DNA of 49,713 nucleotides, from the NCBI GenBank assembly GCA_026647295.1, contig JAPKHB010000001.1, forward strand, positions 1 to 49,713, in the 5' to 3' direction. Source of the DNA: Planctomycetota bacterium. Its GTDB lineage: Bacteria; Planctomycetota; PLA2; JAEUHO01. The position numbers were made by a program, and so were the translations under genes. This document shows positions 47,047-49,713 of the stretch, piece by piece (position 1 is the first letter of the stretch; each line of letters starts with the position of its first letter). Under the pieces are notes generated by a model. It ran no database searches. It worked only from the letters and a program-made list of their open reading frames with translations, and had not been told where the DNA came from.

Positions 47047-49062
47047 ATGACCCAGCCGCGCCGGCCCGCCCTCCTCCTGCTCCCCCTGCTGCTCTGGCTC
47101 GCCGGCGGCCCGGCCCACGCCGGCGGGGCGCGCGAACTCACCGTCCTGGGCGCCGAGGGCTTTGCGGCGGGCACGCTCGAGCGGCTCGCGCTGGGCGGCG
47201 ACGGGATCCTGCGCCTGGGCCTGGACTCCGAGGCCGAGCCGCTGGACGCCTCCACGGCGTGGGCGGCGCTCGAGCACGCCGGCGCGCTGTGGATCGGCAC
47301 CGGCAACGCCGGCCAGATCCTCCGGCGCCCGGCCACCGGCGCGCCCGCGCGCGTCGACGTGCCCGGCGCGCTGATGGTCACGGCGCTCGCGGGGTTGCCC
47401 GACGGGGCGGTCGCCGCCGCGGTCTTCCCGGGCGGGCGCCTCCTGCGCGTCACGCCGGCCGGCGAGGTCGCCCCGCTGGCGACGCTGCCCGTCGAGCACG
47501 TCTGGGCGCTCGTCGCCGACGCGCGCGGCGGGCTCACGGCCGCCTGCGGCAGTCCCGGGACGCTCTACGGCGTCGACCCGCTGGGCGCCGTGACGCGCCT
47601 CTTCGAGGTCGGCGACGAACACGCCCGCTGCCTCCTGCGCCGGGGGGAGGAGTGGCTGGTGGGCACCGCGCCCAAGGGCCTCGTCCTCGCCCTGGGCCCG
47701 ACCGGCCGCCGCGTGCTGCGCGAACTCAAGGCCCAGGAGGTCGTGGGCCTCGTGGCGCTCGACGACGGCGCCCTGCTCGTGGCCGCCAACGCCGACACGG
47801 CGGGCGGAAACGCCCAACGGCTGGCGCAGGCCCTGCGTCAGGTCGCCACGCCGTCGGGCACCGACGCGGGCGAGGAGGCCCCCGGGCGGGAGGCGCTGCA
47901 GGACGGGTCGGTGTTCCTGCTCGAGCAAAGCGGCGTGCTGACCCCCCTGTGGGAGGAGAAGAAGGTCGCCGCGCTCACCCTCGTGCCCCACGGCGTGGGG
48001 GCGGCGGTGGGCACGTATCCCGCCGGGCGGGTGTTCGGCGTGGCTCCGGGCCGTGCGGCGGCGCTCCTGGCGGACCTGCCCGAGGCCGAGGCCAGCGTGC
48101 TGCTCCCCGGGCTCACCGGGGTCGTGACGTCCAACCCCGCGGTGCTCCACCGCATCCGGCCCGCCACCGCGGGCCGCTTCGTCTCGGCGCCGCTGGACGG
48201 CGACGCCCCGTCGCGCTGGGGCCGGCTGGTGGCCGAGGGCCGCGGAATCGAGGGCCTCGAGGTGCGCAGCGCCGAGACCTCCGAGCCCGAGGACGGCTGG
48301 AGCCCGTGGCAGCCCGTGGCCGACCTCGCCGCCGGCGCGGGCACGGCGGGGGTCACCGGGCGTTTCGTGCAGGTGCGCGTCGCCCTCGCCGGCCCCGACG
48401 CCGAGTTGCGCGCGCTCTCCGTGGTCCTGCGCACGCCCAACCGGGCGCCGACCGTACGCGACCTCGAGGCGCAGCACGAGGGCTCGGCCAAGGGCGGCGC
48501 GCTGCCGACCGCGAGCCCCGTGCTCCAGGTGCGTTGGAAGGCCGAGGACCCGGACGGCGACGCGCTGCGCGTCACGCTCAAGGCGCGCCGCGAAGGCGCC
48601 GGCCACTGGCGGCCCCTCCTCGAGGACGCGGACATGGAGAAGTCCGAGCACGCCTGGGACACGACCGGCTGGCCGGACGGACGCTACGAGATCCATCTGG
48701 CGGTGAGCGACGCCCCGGCCAACGCCGCGGGCGAGGCGCGCACGGCCGAGGCCCGCCGCCCCTTCGTGCAGGTGGACAACACGGCGCCGCGCGTGCGGGT
48801 GGGCGCCCGGCGCTCGGGCCCGGGCCGCGTCACGGTCGAGGGCCAGGCGGACGACGGCCCCGGCGGCCGCGTCCTCCAGGTGCGCGCCACCACGGACGGG
48901 AAGACCTGGGTGCTGCTCGCGGCCGGCGACGGCCTGCTGGACGGCGCGGTCGAAGCCTTCCGGGGGGATCTGGACGCGCCGGCGCAAGGCCCCGTCGACG
49001 TGCTGGTCCAGGTGCTGGACGCGCGCGGCAACCTGGGCGCCGCCGCGGCCACGGTCCCGTAG
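47047..49062 (+). CDS. secreted hypothetical protein (repeat/beta-rich)
   Basis: 671 aa. Signal peptide RRPALLLLPLLLWLAGGPAHAGG. No catalytic motif recognised. Co-directional with the S55-like gene. Confidence 0.6.
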   Translation: MTQPRRPALLLLPLLLWLAGGPAHAGGARELTVLGAEGFAAGTLERLALGGDGILRLGLDSEAEPLDASTAWAALEHAGALWIGTGNAGQILRRPATGAPARVDVPGALMVTALAGLPDGAVAAAVFPGGRLLRVTPAGEVAPLATLPVEHVWALVADARGGLTAACGSPGTLYGVDPLGAVTRLFEVGDEHARCLLRRGEEWLVGTAPKGLVLALGPTGRRVLRELKAQEVVGLVALDDGALLVAANADTAGGNAQRLAQALRQVATPSGTDAGEEAPGREALQDGSVFLLEQSGVLTPLWEEKKVAALTLVPHGVGAAVGTYPAGRVFGVAPGRAAALLADLPEAEASVLLPGLTGVVTSNPAVLHRIRPATAGRFVSAPLDGDAPSRWGRLVAEGRGIEGLEVRSAETSEPEDGWSPWQPVADLAAGAGTAGVTGRFVQVRVALAGPDAELRALSVVLRTPNRAPTVRDLEAQHEGSAKGGALPTASPVLQVRWKAEDPDGDALRVTLKARREGAGHWRPLLEDADMEKSEHAWDTTGWPDGRYEIHLAVSDAPANAAGEARTAEARRPFVQVDNTAPRVRVGARRSGPGRVTVEGQADDGPGGRVLQVRATTDGKTWVLLAAGDGLLDGAVEAFRGDLDAPAQGPVDVLVQVLDARGNLGAAAATVP

Positions 49063-49083
49063 ACCCCGGAGCGGGCTGCGCCC

Positions 49084-49126
49084 CTCGATTGCCCATACGG
49101 AGCCAGGCTCCGGTGCATCATTCGAG
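49084..49126 (+). repeat. palindromic intergenic repeat, copy 4
   Basis: ctcgattgcccaTACGGAGCCAGGCTCCGGTGCATCAttcgag. Lies between convergent stops at 49062 (+) and 49247 (-). Confidence 0.9.
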
Positions 49127-49246
49127 GGCCCGGGAGAAGGACAGGGACCTTGGAGTTCGGCTCCGCGCTCCCGCTCGGACCGTGCCCTCGCGCGTGCGCT
49201 CCGCGCGGGGTCGAAGGGGCTGAACGGGTCCGGGGCGGCGCCCGCG

Positions 49247-49678
49247 TCAGCGGCCGACGAGCCGGCGCACGCCCCGTACGAGCCCCAGCGTGCCGGCCTT
49301 GAGGCCGTCAGCCCAGGGCCGTTCGCCAAAGGCGCGCGGGCGCAGGCCGCGCCGGCGCAGGCGGGCGTTGAAGCAGTGCACGCTCACCTTGCGCCGCGCG
49401 TAGCGCGACTGCCAGGTGGTCGACAGCGAGATCGACACCTCGGGGCCGTTCTGCACCCAGTGCGGCGCCATGTACGGGAAGTGCAGGGCGTCCCCCGGGC
49501 GCAACTCGGTCTCGAACTCGACGCGGGCGGGAGGCCGCGGCGCGAACCCGCGGTAGTCGCCCGCTCCGGCGAAGAACGAAGAAAATGGGATGCAGCACGT
49601 CAACTTTGTGATAGCTTCCATAAGGATGAATTTATAAAAATAAAAGGTGTTGTAGAGACCTTTAATAATACCTTGCAA
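49247..49678 (-). CDS. cupin/JmjC-like C-terminal region; the 5' part of the ORF lies in AT-rich DNA, so probably a truncated or chimeric gene
   Basis: The GC-rich part encodes ...ELRPGDALHFPYMAPHWVQNGPEVSISLSTTW..., a cupin/JmjC-like terminal strand pattern. The first ~30 codons (MQGIIKGLYNTFYFYKFILMEAITKL...) come from ~30 % GC sequence. Confidence 0.4.
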   Translation of the reverse strand: MQGIIKGLYNTFYFYKFILMEAITKLTCCIPFSSFFAGAGDYRGFAPRPPARVEFETELRPGDALHFPYMAPHWVQNGPEVSISLSTTWQSRYARRKVSVHCFNARLRRRGLRPRAFGERPWADGLKAGTLGLVRGVRRLVGR

Positions 49679-49713
49679 ATCCGAATTAACGAACTCTGTC
49701 CTGTTGCCGAAAT
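49586..49713. other. AT-rich segment of foreign composition at the right window edge
   Basis: A hand count on 49621-49680 gives 15/60 G+C, against ~75 % immediately to the left. The transition occurs within about 49570-49590. Confidence 0.7.

Overview
The window is mostly very GC-rich bacterial chromosome. Hand counts on sample 60-nt lines give about 75-80 % G+C, and the high GC produces many long spurious shadow ORFs. Two segments differ in composition. (1) Positions 1 to ~8630 are visibly lower in GC (~60 % on sampled lines) and end exactly at the 3' end of a 99-nt tRNA-Sec gene (anticodon UCA, minus strand, 8631-8729). This segment looks like a defence island. It carries a Type III restriction-modification pair (mod/res), a SIR2 + HerA two-gene anti-phage module, and at the far left an unrecognised divergent gene pair (a partial gene plus a DUF4279-like gene). 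That pair is the best candidate here for undescribed biology. No integrase or att repeat is inside the window. (2) The last ~130 nt drop abruptly to ~25-35 % GC, inside a cupin-like ORF. The core region encodes the following:
- secreted or lipoprotein HExxH metalloproteins
- two Ser/Thr kinases
- a persulfide-dioxygenase/rhodanese fusion
- LemA and its neighbours
- a DUF1501/DUF1800 pair
- a complete 2-aminoethylphosphonate (AEP) cluster: a PEP mutase-nucleotidyltransferase fusion, a split phosphonopyruvate decarboxylase, a transaminase and a second nucleotidyltransferase, facing a CDP-alcohol phosphatidyltransferase and an MtfA-like peptidase
- an FHA-GAF-sigma54 activator whose HTH is cut off by a 1-nt frameshift in a G5 run
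- a MoxR/VWA pair, an AsnB-like amidotransferase, an aldehyde dehydrogenase and a SpoIVB(S55)-like peptidase
Three further signals are not explained by the genes. A 42-43-nt palindromic element with a 25-nt invariant core occurs four times in intergenic DNA. A 760-bp non-coding region upstream of the phosphonate genes holds a near-consensus sigma54 -24/-12 promoter and repeated C/T-rich tracts. An exact 10-bp palindrome is duplicated in the SIR2-HerA upstream region. The gene content suggests a Planctomycetota-like or similar lineage, but that is inference only. All homology calls come from motif recognition by eye; no searches were run.
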